From assembly GCA_029262475.1 (NCBI GenBank), contig JAJCZG010000119.1, forward strand, positions 3,378 through 67,377: DNA of 64,000 bases, given 5' to 3'. This document shows positions 1 to 9,325 of the stretch, one piece after another. Positions within the stretch are counted from its first letter, which is position 1, and each line of letters begins with the position of its first letter. The notes under the pieces were generated by a model, which was not told the DNA's origin, did no database searches, and saw nothing but the letters and a program-made list of their open reading frames with translations. Origin of the DNA: Deltaproteobacteria bacterium (lineage in GTDB: Bacteria; Desulfobacterota; GWC2-55-46; JAJCZF01). The position numbers and the translations under genes were made by a program.

Positions 1-652
1 CTATGGTGCCGGTCTTTATATAACTCTCGACGAGACGAGTATATGTATCCCAGTCTTGAAAATAAAAGGGTATGCCCGCCGTTGGCAGGGTCTCAAAGAC
101 CTTTATCCTGTACGATTTCAGCCCTGTATCTTCCCCCTCCCAAAATGGCGAATTGGCGGACAAGGCAAGTATATACGGGAGGTAATAGAGCATGCGGTTC
201 ATTACGTATATGCTCTTTTCGTCGCCGTCGATGCCGACGTGGACATGCATGCCGAAGATATTAAAGCGGCGGGCGACAAACTGGAGAGTATCAAGGAGCC
301 TGTTGTAGCGTTTGTCGTCTGTTACCTTCTGGTCTCTTGCAAGAGAAAAGGGGTGTGTCCCGCCGCCACTCACAAGGGTATTGTGCTCTCCGGCGATACC
401 GATAAGCCTTCCTATTATCGCCGAGAGTTCCGCGCCGGCCTCCGAAACGCTTCGGGATACGCCAGTAATTACCTCTATATTAGAGTCCATCAGCTCGTGC
501 TTTATGGAGAGCGCCAGAGACGGGTCCTTTCTGACTTCACTGAGTATCTTGCCCGAGGTGCCGGTAAGTGCTAAAGTTTTCCTGTCTACGAGCTGGAGTT
601 CGAGCTCGATGCCGACGGTAAAATCCTTGGAAGCGTTAAATTTTATAACCAT
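1..652 (-). CDS. ybdK: YbdK-family carboxylate-amine ligase (glutamate--cysteine ligase GCS2), 3' end runs off the window
   Basis: Not in ORF track; manual translation from ATG 652: MVIKFNASKDFTVGIELELQLVD...GGTHPF...FGMHVHVG...LALSANSPFW, open to position 2. Confidence 0.9.
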   Translation of the reverse strand, partial: MVIKFNASKDFTVGIELELQLVDRKTLALTGTSGKILSEVRKDPSLALSIKHELMDSNIEVITGVSRSVSEAGAELSAIIGRLIGIAGEHNTLVSGGGTHPFSLARDQKVTDDKRYNRLLDTLQFVARRFNIFGMHVHVGIDGDEKSIYVMNRMLYYLPYILALSANSPFWEGEDTGLKSYRIKVFETLPTAGIPFYFQDWDTYTRLVESYIKTGTI

Positions 653-744
653 AGACACACCAGCGAAATACCGATTAACTATAATAAAGTTTCGAGAAAC
701 CCGGGGCCCTGCTTTAGCTTTCGGGCGACGGTACAACTATAAAT

Positions 745-776
745 TATTATATCAATTATTAATAAATATTATATCA
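745..776 (-). promoter_or_regulatory. Two tandem extended -10 elements (TGATATAAT) upstream of ybdK
   Basis: TATTATATCA at 745-754 and 767-776, 22 bp apart; reverse complement is TGnTATAAT. Confidence 0.45.
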
Positions 777-845
777 GAACTTTCACATAAGAGGCTATTT
801 TACCGGCCTATTTCAACGAAGGCGAGTTTTAAGGGGCTCTCGCAC

Positions 846-873
846 TTGACAATAAGAGATCTTAAAGTAAAAT
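846..873 (+). promoter_or_regulatory. sigma70-type promoter for cupin gene
   Basis: TTGACA-16 nt-TAAAAT. Confidence 0.55.
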
Positions 874-914
874 AACTTAACGACCGCAAGAATCAAGGGG
901 ATTTCAAGGCCAAC

Positions 915-1391
915 GTGATAAAACTTATAGACGATAAGATAATAGATGCTACCACCCTCCTGGCGAAGGAGAACCCAAGGCTCAGGATGAACCATAACTT
1001 TCACGAGCTGCCGGACCCGCTCCAGAGGATGCTAAATGCCGTCCAGCCCGGGAGCTACATTCGGCCCCACCGCCACTTTACCCCGCCAAAGGTCGAAGTA
1101 TTTATAATTTTAAAGGGCCGGGGGGCGGCCATCCTCTTTAACGACGACGGTAGCATTAAAGAGATCGTCGTAATGGACGCAGGCGGGCCGGTTCGCGGTG
1201 TGGAATTCGCGCCTGGCAGTTGGCATACGATTGTCTCACTTAAGGAAGGGACCGTCTTCTTTGAGGCTAAGGACGGCCCGTACATCGCCATATCGGATAA
1301 GGACTTCGCCCCGTGGGCGCCTGAGCCGTCCGATACGGCAGGGGCGCGCTCCTACCTGAGCGAACTTACCCGCTTCACTCGGAATAGATAA
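915..1391 (+). CDS. WbuC-family cupin-fold metalloprotein
   Basis: RLRMNHNFH, QRMLNAVQPGSYIRPHRH, WHT, EAKDGPY...FAPWAP. Confidence 0.85.
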   Translation: MIKLIDDKIIDATTLLAKENPRLRMNHNFHELPDPLQRMLNAVQPGSYIRPHRHFTPPKVEVFIILKGRGAAILFNDDGSIKEIVVMDAGGPVRGVEFAPGSWHTIVSLKEGTVFFEAKDGPYIAISDKDFAPWAPEPSDTAGARSYLSELTRFTRNR

Positions 1392-1512
1392 AAACCTCCA
1401 TGCCGCTCTCACCCGGAAACACAATAGATAAATTGGATATTAAAGAAAAAAGCTGGTATAGTGTAGCACTTTTATGGGGACAAACCCCTTTTAACGGACC
1501 AAAACTATAATC

Positions 1513-2388
1513 ATGATACCAGATTACCCTGCACTCGAAGAAATAACGATAGATATGAAGGCCGCACTCGATCCTCTCTTTAAGGAGGTAACGAGCGGTA
1601 TATCGGAGTTTACCTTCGCCAATATCTTCCTCTTCCGTAAGGAGCATAACTACCGGGTGACAAGGCTCCCCGGAGATAAATTAGTCTTTACGGGCTCTGA
1701 CAGCGGGGTAAATTTCTTTATGCTCCCCTTCGGCTTGCCGCCAGAGGATATACTAGGTAAGCTCTTCAGTAACTTCGGGGCGGTCAAGAACGCATCGTGC
1801 ATTCAAGCGACAAAGCTCTCGTCTATGGGGGTTTTTACTACCGAAGAGGACAGGGCGAACTTCGACTACATCTACTGGCGCGAAAGCCTCGCCACACTCG
1901 CCGGAAGAAAGTACCATAAGAAACGTAACCTCGTTAAGCTCTTTAACGAAAATTACCGGTGCGAAGAGCGCGTCCTCACCACCGGGCTTGTAGAAGACGC
2001 CGAAAAGGTTCTGGAGAAGTGGGTGGAGGGGCGCGCTGACGACCCCGGCGACTACGAGGCCGCCAGGGACTCGCTAACGTATTTTACCGACCTTGATCTT
2101 TCGGGTCTCGTCTTCTATATCGATTCCGCGCCCGTGGCATATTCCCTCGGAGAGATACTCCCGGACGGCAAGAGTTTTATAACGCACTTCGAGAAGACCG
2201 TACCGGGCTTCAGGGGTCTCGCTCAATTTGTAAATAAAAGCTTCGCTGCCTGGCTCCCGGAAGAGATAAATATCATTAACCGCGAGCAAGACCTCGGTGA
2301 CGAGGGGCTCAGGCAGGCCAAAGAGAGCTACCGCCCCGTCTGCTTCGGCAAGAAATACAGGGTATACCGTGCCGAAGAAAAGGGTTAG
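1513..2388 (+). CDS. DUF2156 / phosphatidylglycerol lysyltransferase-like domain protein
   Basis: SEFTFAN, DYIY...LAGRKYHKKRN, HFEK, INREQDLGDEGLRQAKESYRP. Confidence 0.85.
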   Translation: MIPDYPALEEITIDMKAALDPLFKEVTSGISEFTFANIFLFRKEHNYRVTRLPGDKLVFTGSDSGVNFFMLPFGLPPEDILGKLFSNFGAVKNASCIQATKLSSMGVFTTEEDRANFDYIYWRESLATLAGRKYHKKRNLVKLFNENYRCEERVLTTGLVEDAEKVLEKWVEGRADDPGDYEAARDSLTYFTDLDLSGLVFYIDSAPVAYSLGEILPDGKSFITHFEKTVPGFRGLAQFVNKSFAAWLPEEINIINREQDLGDEGLRQAKESYRPVCFGKKYRVYRAEEKG

Positions 2389-3358
2389 CCCAAACGAACT
2401 CAAGGGGCGCTACTACCCGCTTAAGGAATACCTCACAGAGCGCCACGGCACGGGCGCGTACAAGGTAACCATAGACGCTGGCTTTACGTGCCCGAATAAG
2501 GACGGCACACTAAAGACAGAGACCGGCGGCTGCGCCTACTGCGGCCCGGAGACGCTCTACCCGAACTCCTACGATGTTAAGACCCCATCCATAAGAGAGC
2601 AGCTCGACAAGGGCATCGAAATACTCGAAAAACGCCGTAGGGTGGAGAAGTTCATCGCCTACTTCCAGCTAAATACAAGTACACACGCCCCTCTTGAAGA
2701 ACTCAGAGCAATATACGAGGAGGCCGTAACCGATAAACGCATCTCCGGGTGGGCCGTATCAACGAGGCCCGACTGCGTACCCGACGAAACGCTCGACCTC
2801 TTTAACGAATTAAGCTTGCGAGCGAGCGGCCCGAATAAAAACCCTCTCGACTTCTGGCTTGAGCTCGGCTTACAGAGCGCAAATAACTCGACACTCGCGA
2901 GAATTGACCGGGGGCACACCCGGGAAGCCTTCGCCGACGCCGTAGTGCGCGCCGCAGGTAAGGGCATAAAGGTATGCGCCCATATTATCCTCGGCCTTCC
3001 GGGAGAGACAGAGGAAGATACGTTTGAGACTATACGCTTCATATCCGCTCTCCCGGTCTGGGGGGTAAAGTTTCACCAGCTTCAAATCATTAAAGGCACA
3101 CGCCTTGCAGAGCAGTACCTTAAGGGCTCATTCGGGCTCCTCACGCTTGATGAGTACGCAGAGCTCGTGGTTAAATGTCTGGAGAGGCTACCTGGCGAGA
3201 TCGTTATCCACCGGCTGGTAGGCGACGCTCCGCCTGGCACGCAAATAGACCCGTGGGGGCCGAAGAAGTTCGCCGTACTCGAACGTATCCACGAAAGGCT
3301 TATAGATAAAGACACCCACCAGGGATTTTTAATAGAGAAAAATAATCGCATGGCTTAG
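2369..3358 (+). CDS. TIGR01212-family radical SAM protein (YhcC/YtqA-like)
   Basis: DAGFTCPNKDG...GGCAYC, STRPDC, ELGLQS, HIILGLPGE; in-frame GTG at 2369 preferred over 2297. Confidence 0.85.
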   Translation: MPKKRVSPNELKGRYYPLKEYLTERHGTGAYKVTIDAGFTCPNKDGTLKTETGGCAYCGPETLYPNSYDVKTPSIREQLDKGIEILEKRRRVEKFIAYFQLNTSTHAPLEELRAIYEEAVTDKRISGWAVSTRPDCVPDETLDLFNELSLRASGPNKNPLDFWLELGLQSANNSTLARIDRGHTREAFADAVVRAAGKGIKVCAHIILGLPGETEEDTFETIRFISALPVWGVKFHQLQIIKGTRLAEQYLKGSFGLLTLDEYAELVVKCLERLPGEIVIHRLVGDAPPGTQIDPWGPKKFAVLERIHERLIDKDTHQGFLIEKNNRMA

Positions 3359-3379
3359 TTAACCGCATCAGGAGGAGAG

Positions 3380-4450
3380 ATGGCTGACAAACGGATAGAG
3401 AAACTCGCTAAAATTTTAATCGGGCATTCGCTCAAGGTTAAGAAGGGCGAGACCGTAATGATAGTGGCATCGAGCGAAGCGGCCAAGCCGCTGGTGCTCG
3501 AAGTCTACCGGGAAGTGCTTAAGGCCGGAGGGCACCCGCTTACTAGCATAGGGCTTGAGGAGACTGTAAATATATTCTTCGAGCACGCGACCGACGCGCA
3601 GATAAAAAAACTTCCTGAGACAAAACTCCATGAAGCCAGAGAGATAGACTGTTTTGTAAATATCCGCGCGCCTTTAAACAAAAAATCGTTATCGAATATC
3701 GACCCCGCAAAGTCGGCCATGAGGAGCAGGGTTTTAAGCGAGATAAGCGGCATAATAGTAAACGACAAGCGCTGGGTACTGGTAAACTTCCCGACGAACG
3801 CTCTAGCCCAGGAGGCCGAGATGAGCCTCTCGGAGTACGAAGACTTCCTCTACCGGGCTACGAACGTAGACTGGAAGGCCGTTGAGGAGAGAGAAAAATC
3901 CCTTAAGCGCGTCCTCGACAAGGGTAAAATTGTCCGTATCGTCGGAGAAGATACAGACTTAACTCTTAGCATCAAGGGGAGAAAGGCCATCCCCTGCTTC
4001 GGCGAAAGGAACATGCCCGACGGAGAGGTATTTCTCTCCCCGGTAGAGGACTCTGCCGAGGGCCATATATACTACGAGATGCCAGCCATCTACCAGGGAC
4101 GAGAGGTAACGGGCATCCGCCTCGAATTCAAGAAGGGCAAGGTCGTAAACGAACGCGCCGACAAGAACGAAGCGTACCTGAAGTCAGTCCTTAATACCGA
4201 CCCGGGCGCACGCTTCCTCGGCGAGCTCGGCATAGGCGTAAACTACGGTATAAAGAATTACTCGAAAGACATACTCTTTGACGAGAAGATAGGCGGCACC
4301 GTACACCTGGCCGTCGGACGCTCCTACGAGCGCGCCGGTGGCACGAATAAATCCGCCATCCACTGGGATATGATAAAAGACCTCAGAAAAAAGGGCGAAC
4401 TATACGTGGACGGAACGCTCATACAGAAGAAGGGAAAATTTCTGATTTAA
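3380..4450 (+). CDS. Aminopeptidase, peptidase family M29
   Basis: NMPDGEVF, LGELGIG, LFDEKIGGTVHLAVG, NKSAIHWDMI; RBS AGGAGGAG. Confidence 0.9.
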   Translation: MADKRIEKLAKILIGHSLKVKKGETVMIVASSEAAKPLVLEVYREVLKAGGHPLTSIGLEETVNIFFEHATDAQIKKLPETKLHEAREIDCFVNIRAPLNKKSLSNIDPAKSAMRSRVLSEISGIIVNDKRWVLVNFPTNALAQEAEMSLSEYEDFLYRATNVDWKAVEEREKSLKRVLDKGKIVRIVGEDTDLTLSIKGRKAIPCFGERNMPDGEVFLSPVEDSAEGHIYYEMPAIYQGREVTGIRLEFKKGKVVNERADKNEAYLKSVLNTDPGARFLGELGIGVNYGIKNYSKDILFDEKIGGTVHLAVGRSYERAGGTNKSAIHWDMIKDLRKKGELYVDGTLIQKKGKFLI

Positions 4451-4585
4451 AGACAGACCCTCTCACGCTCAAGCAACCAGCGGCGTCATTTAGTTGCTCC
4501 CGGCGGCGCTCCGAAGCATCCGCCTACAGAGGAGAGTGAGATATCCGCATCTTCTAAATCGTAATTTCAAAGAAAGGATTATGAT

Positions 4586-5746
4586 ATGGGAAAGAAGAGA
4601 ATTTTTATCAGCGATATCCACATGGGTGACGCCAGGAGCCAGGACGGGTCAGGGGGGCTCCACAGGTACGGGTGGTTTAATAAGGAACGCGAAGCGCTCC
4701 TTGCAGAGTTCCTGGAGATGGTCTCCGAAGACGCCTCCATTGACGAGCTTATAGTAATAGGCGACATATTCGACGACTGGGTCTGCCCCTCCAACTTCAC
4801 GCAACCCCCGGCAGTTGAACGATTTAAGAAGATAGCCGACTATAACGACAAGGCCATCACCGCATTCAAGAAGATAGCTACAGGGAATAAGAAGCTCATC
4901 TACCTCCCCGGAAACCACGATATGCTCCTAACAAAGGATATCCTGGAGGGTATCATCCCCGGGGTCGTCTACAAAGGTACATCTCCGGGGCTTGGGGCGT
5001 ATGAAGACCCTATTGGCTACCTTATCGCCGAACACGGAAATAAGTACGGCCTCTTTAACGCCCCTGACCCGTTCAGTAACGGTACCGCCCACTCCCTCCC
5101 ACTTGGTTATTTCATGACGAGGGCTTTAGCCTATAAGATGTCGCAGACCGGCGAGGATACCGATTACGTAAGCGCCCTCGCCGACGGCATAAAGGACCTG
5201 ATGGAGGGAGAGAAGCGCGCCAAGGCCGTCTACGAGGCCCTGGCCGAAGCGGCCGGTCTAACTGGAGCTTCGCCTATAGAGATGAACGGCGTGGACAATT
5301 ACGCTAATACGATTAAGTCATCGAAGGTCGCCGAAATATTTAAGGATATCTATAAAAAATGGGCAGACTACAGGCCGGATATCGGCATCACCAGGGATTA
5401 CGCCCAGTACGCTGACTTTATTCAGCTCTTTAAGACCGCCGAGGCCGTTCACTTTAAATTAGACGGCCCGGTAAAGATAGCTATCTTCGGCCATAGCCAC
5501 GAAGTAAGCCTGCGGCGCTATAACGCCTCATACGAAGAGTACGAAAAGCCGCAAGCCGGAGGCGTTGACTTTACTACTCCCGCCTTCATCTACGCCAATA
5601 GCGGCACATGGGTAAACGGCAAGCCCACTACCTATATCGAGACGAAGGAGATAAACGGCGACATCCCCATGCACAGGGTCCGTATAATGCGGTACAAGGC
5701 CGGAGGAGAAGAGATACTTTTAGACGAAGACAAAGTACATATCTAG
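4586..5746 (+). CDS. Calcineurin-like metallophosphoesterase
   Basis: SDIHMG, GDIFD, GNHD, EHGN, FGHSH, NSGTW. Confidence 0.85.
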   Translation: MGKKRIFISDIHMGDARSQDGSGGLHRYGWFNKEREALLAEFLEMVSEDASIDELIVIGDIFDDWVCPSNFTQPPAVERFKKIADYNDKAITAFKKIATGNKKLIYLPGNHDMLLTKDILEGIIPGVVYKGTSPGLGAYEDPIGYLIAEHGNKYGLFNAPDPFSNGTAHSLPLGYFMTRALAYKMSQTGEDTDYVSALADGIKDLMEGEKRAKAVYEALAEAAGLTGASPIEMNGVDNYANTIKSSKVAEIFKDIYKKWADYRPDIGITRDYAQYADFIQLFKTAEAVHFKLDGPVKIAIFGHSHEVSLRRYNASYEEYEKPQAGGVDFTTPAFIYANSGTWVNGKPTTYIETKEINGDIPMHRVRIMRYKAGGEEILLDEDKVHI

Positions 5747-5805
5747 CCCGGCATTTAAGGGCGATAATAGACAGGGCTCACAGAAGGCCTCTGTAAAAGA
5801 ACTTT

Positions 5806-5837
5806 ACCGGCCCCTCCTCAACTGAGTAGGGGCCGGT
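5806..5837. terminator. GC-rich hairpin downstream of metallophosphoesterase (possible terminator)
   Basis: ACCGGCCCCT...AGGGGCCGGT inverted repeat; weak U-tract. Confidence 0.4.
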
Positions 5838-5976
5838 CGAAAGCCGTACCTTTTCATAAGTCGACAATAAGGGGTCATTTCCAGCCATCAAGAGCCCTTT
5901 ATAGACGCAAATCACTCCAAAGCCACCCGCAAAGCCGATTCTTTAGTCATTACGGTAGAAAAACCCCTTTAAACCC

Positions 5977-6005
5977 TTGACACCAAAGGCCCTTGTGGAT
6001 AATAT
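5977..6005 (+). promoter_or_regulatory. sigma70-type promoter of gmhA-dapB operon
   Basis: TTGACA-17 nt-TAATAT. Confidence 0.6.
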
Positions 6006-6035
6006 TTAGTATTAATTTTCATTCTGAAGGACAAA

Positions 6036-6626
6036 ATGGGTAGAGATATAATAATAAAAACAGTCCTGGAGAGCATAGCGGCAAAGGAACTCTTCTTTAA
6101 TGAAGAGAATAACTCCCTTGTGCTCCGCTCGGCGGAGGCAATAGTAGAGTCCTTTAACTCCGGCGGCAAGCTCCTTATAGCCGGTAACGGCGGCTCTGCA
6201 GCCGACGCCCAGCATATGGCCGCAGAGTTCGTAAACCGCTTCGAGATTGAGAGGCCGCCGCTCCCGGCGCTCGCCCTAACGACCGATACCTCCAATATCA
6301 CGAGCATAGGCAACGACTACAGCTTCGACGAGATATTTTCAAAACAGATTAAGGCCCTCGGCCGCAGCGGCGACGTCTTTATCGCCATATCCACGAGCGG
6401 CAGCTCACCGAATATCATAAAGGCCGTGGAGGCCTCTAGAGAGATCGGCATTAAGGTCATAGGCCTTACCGGAAAGGGAGGCGGCGACCTAGCGCCACTA
6501 TCGGATATACTCTTAAACGTTGAGACCGAGACTACGGCGAGGGTACAGGAGGTGCACATCACGGTGATACATATCCTCTGCCGTCTCGTTGATGAAATGC
6601 TCTTCGGTAACTGCGGGAAGGGATAA
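6036..6626 (+). CDS. gmhA: D-sedoheptulose-7-phosphate isomerase
   Basis: GNGGSAADAQHMAAE, GNDYSFDEIF, STSGSS, ARVQEVH. Confidence 0.93.
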   Translation: MGRDIIIKTVLESIAAKELFFNEENNSLVLRSAEAIVESFNSGGKLLIAGNGGSAADAQHMAAEFVNRFEIERPPLPALALTTDTSNITSIGNDYSFDEIFSKQIKALGRSGDVFIAISTSGSSPNIIKAVEASREIGIKVIGLTGKGGGDLAPLSDILLNVETETTARVQEVHITVIHILCRLVDEMLFGNCGKG

Positions 6627-6628
6627 CG

Positions 6629-7567
6629 ATGAAATACAAGCCGCTCGACACCTCCGGTATAAAGACCTACTCCGTAAAAGGAAGAACGAGCAAGGTCTCG
6701 GTCGACGACTTCGCAAGCGTCCCGAAAAAGGGGGTAAGCTTCTCGTCCTTCATGGACGGGCTACCGAATATCCTTGGCGCAAAGAACCTTAAAGCCGTCG
6801 CCGACGCCGTTATAAGTGCCAAGAAGAATAAGAAGACCGTAACGCTCGGCATGGGCGGCCACGTTATAAAGGTCGGCCTCGGGCCGCTTATAATAGACCT
6901 TATGGAGCGCGGCTACCTCGACTCCGTCGCCTTTAACGGCTCGTGCATCGTCCACGACTTCGAGACGGCCTTTAACGGCTCGACATCAGAGGACGTTGAC
7001 GCGGAGCTTGACGAAGGCGCATTCGGCATGGCCGAGGAGACCGGCGGGCTCATTAACGACGCTATTAACGCCGCCCCTGAGAAGGGTTTAGGGCGAGCGG
7101 TCGGGGAGATGATAGAGGCTTCGAACTTTCCGTACAAGGACAAATCCATCCTCGCCGCCGGCGTGAGACTGGATATCCCTGTGACGGTGCATGTGGCGAT
7201 GGGTACCGACATCGTCCATATTCACCCGCAGATGAATGGCGCGAAGACGGGCGAGGCTACTACCGTTGACTTTAAAATTTTCTGCTCGGTCGTGAGCACG
7301 CTCGAAGGCGGGGTCTATATAAACCTCGGCTCCGCGGTGCTCATGCCGGAGGTCTTCCTTAAGGCGATAACCGTAGTAAGGAACCTCGGACACGTGGTGG
7401 AAAAGTTTACAACCGCGAATATGGATTTCATACAGCACTACAGGCCGCTAACCAACGTGGTAAGGAGGCCGACGCAGCACGGGGGCAAGGGGTATAGCCT
7501 TACGGGACACCACGAGATAATGTTCCCGCTCCTCTACGCGCTAATAATCGAAGGAATGGACGACTGA
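6629..7567 (+). CDS. Deoxyhypusine-synthase-like (GSU2086-type) protein
   Basis: MGGHVIKVG, IVHDFE, GTDIVH, NLGSAVLMPEVFLKA, GHHEIM; follows gmhA. Confidence 0.7.
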   Translation: MKYKPLDTSGIKTYSVKGRTSKVSVDDFASVPKKGVSFSSFMDGLPNILGAKNLKAVADAVISAKKNKKTVTLGMGGHVIKVGLGPLIIDLMERGYLDSVAFNGSCIVHDFETAFNGSTSEDVDAELDEGAFGMAEETGGLINDAINAAPEKGLGRAVGEMIEASNFPYKDKSILAAGVRLDIPVTVHVAMGTDIVHIHPQMNGAKTGEATTVDFKIFCSVVSTLEGGVYINLGSAVLMPEVFLKAITVVRNLGHVVEKFTTANMDFIQHYRPLTNVVRRPTQHGGKGYSLTGHHEIMFPLLYALIIEGMDD

Positions 7568-8952
7568 TGCCCAAAAAGAATGAAAAAAAGCTCTGGGGCG
7601 GGCGCTTTAGCCAGAAGACGAGTAAGCTCCTCGACGAATTCAACGCCTCCATCTCGTTTGACAAGAGGCTCTTCGGCGACGACATAAAGGGGTCGGTGGC
7701 GCACGCGCTCGTTCTTGAAAAGGCAGGGATACTCTCGAAGCAAGAGACGCAGAAGATAATTAGCGGCCTTATGACCGTTAGTAAGGAAATTTCCAGGGGG
7801 AAACTCCCCCTTACAGCGGATAAGGAAGATATCCATATGGCCGTCGAGGCGCGCCTTACCGAACTCGTCGGCCCGCTCGGCGGTAAGCTCCACACAGGGC
7901 GTTCACGAAACGATCAGATAGCAACCGACATCAGGCTCTACTTAAAGGACGAGATTAAAGGGATACTCACTCTCTTAAAGACACTTAAATCGGTCATCGT
8001 AAAGGTCGCCGAAGATAATATCGAGTGCATAATGCCGGGCTATACGCACCTTCAACGCGCCCAGCCCGTCCTATTTAGCCACCACATGCTCTCGTACTTT
8101 GAGATGCTTACGCGAGACGAAGAAAGATTTACCGGGGCGCTAACGAGAACCGACCGCCTCCCTCTCGGCTCCGGTGCGCTCGCCGGGAGCCCGTATAAGC
8201 TCGACAGGAAGTACGCCGCCAAGATGCTCGGCTTCTCGGAGATAACAAATAACAGCATCGACGCGGTAAGCGACAGGGATTTCGCCATAGAGTTCGTCTC
8301 CGCTTCTGCGATGCTAATGATGCACCTATCGAGGCTGAGCGAAGAGCTCATCATATGGGCGACGAGCGAGTTCGGCTTCATAGAGCTCTCGGACGCATTC
8401 TCCACCGGCTCCTCTATTATGCCGCAGAAGAAGAACCCGGATATCCCGGAGCTCGTTAGAGGAAAGACCGCCAGGGTCTACGGCAACCTTATGACCTTAC
8501 TTACGATGATGAAGGGTTTGCCGCTCGCTTACAATAAGGATATGCAGGAAGATAAGGAACCGCTCTTCGATACCGTGGATACGGTGAAGGCGGTTCTCGA
8601 AATAATGAGCCCCATGCTCTTGGAGATGAAGATAAACGCTGAAAAGATGATCGAGGCGACAAAGGAAGGGTTCCTCACCGCCACCGACGCCGCCGACTAC
8701 CTTACGGCTCGTGAGATGCCCTTTAGAGAAGCCCACGAGATTACCGGGAAGATCGTCGCCTACTCCATTAAGGAGGGTAAGACGCTCGAAGACCTTACTC
8801 TAGATGAGTGGCGCTCCTTCTCGGAGCTCTTCGATGATGATATAAAGAAGGTCGTTACGCCCAGGCACTCCTTAAACAGCAGGAAGGTCTTCGGAGGGAC
8901 GGCCCTTACCGAGGTAAAAAAACGCCTTAAACAGATCGAGAAGGAGGGTTAG
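7567..8952 (+). CDS. argH: Argininosuccinate lyase
   Basis: LWGGRF, HTGRSRNDQ, GYTHLQ, GSSIMPQKKNPD. Confidence 0.97.
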   Translation: MPKKNEKKLWGGRFSQKTSKLLDEFNASISFDKRLFGDDIKGSVAHALVLEKAGILSKQETQKIISGLMTVSKEISRGKLPLTADKEDIHMAVEARLTELVGPLGGKLHTGRSRNDQIATDIRLYLKDEIKGILTLLKTLKSVIVKVAEDNIECIMPGYTHLQRAQPVLFSHHMLSYFEMLTRDEERFTGALTRTDRLPLGSGALAGSPYKLDRKYAAKMLGFSEITNNSIDAVSDRDFAIEFVSASAMLMMHLSRLSEELIIWATSEFGFIELSDAFSTGSSIMPQKKNPDIPELVRGKTARVYGNLMTLLTMMKGLPLAYNKDMQEDKEPLFDTVDTVKAVLEIMSPMLLEMKINAEKMIEATKEGFLTATDAADYLTAREMPFREAHEITGKIVAYSIKEGKTLEDLTLDEWRSFSELFDDDIKKVVTPRHSLNSRKVFGGTALTEVKKRLKQIEKEG

Positions 8953-8957
8953 AGAGG

Positions 8958-9296
8958 ATGCGCCATATTCTTACTACGATAGCCGTTGTGTTTGTAATGA
9001 CGCTCACTCCGTTCATCTCCGGGTGCGGCAAAAAAGCTCCTCCGGAGAGACCTCCTTTAAGGACCGAGCCTGTTAAGCTTAAAGAAGCTTTACCAACGGC
9101 TGAAGTGACCGCGCCCGGAGAGACTACTACAGGAGAGACTCCGGGGGAGGAAGCGGTAAAGCCTGACGCGCTACCTGACGCTACTCCGGACGGTAACGGG
9201 GCGGGCTCCGAAGAGGAGGAAACGGATATCTTTCCGCCCGAGATGACCCCGAAGGAACTTTTGAGGATGGATGAAGCCCCTGAGGACTGGATTTAA
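8958..9296 (+). CDS. Small lipoprotein, LptM/YifL-like, with acidic disordered tail
   Basis: Signal peptide and lipobox ISG-C followed by GKKAPP; located between argH and lysA. Confidence 0.65.
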   Translation: MRHILTTIAVVFVMTLTPFISGCGKKAPPERPPLRTEPVKLKEALPTAEVTAPGETTTGETPGEEAVKPDALPDATPDGNGAGSEEEETDIFPPEMTPKELLRMDEAPEDWI

Positions 9297-9325
9297 CCGA
9301 TCAGCAGATAGAAAGAAGACGCACT

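Noticed and set aside
43-875. Plus-strand ORFs 43-264, 56-574 and 312-875
   Set aside because: Antisense shadows of the minus-strand YbdK-family gene
5994-6002. Perfect DnaA box TGTGGATAA overlapping the gmhA -10 element
   Set aside because: Single 9-mer, plausible by chance in 64 kb; no cluster of boxes seen
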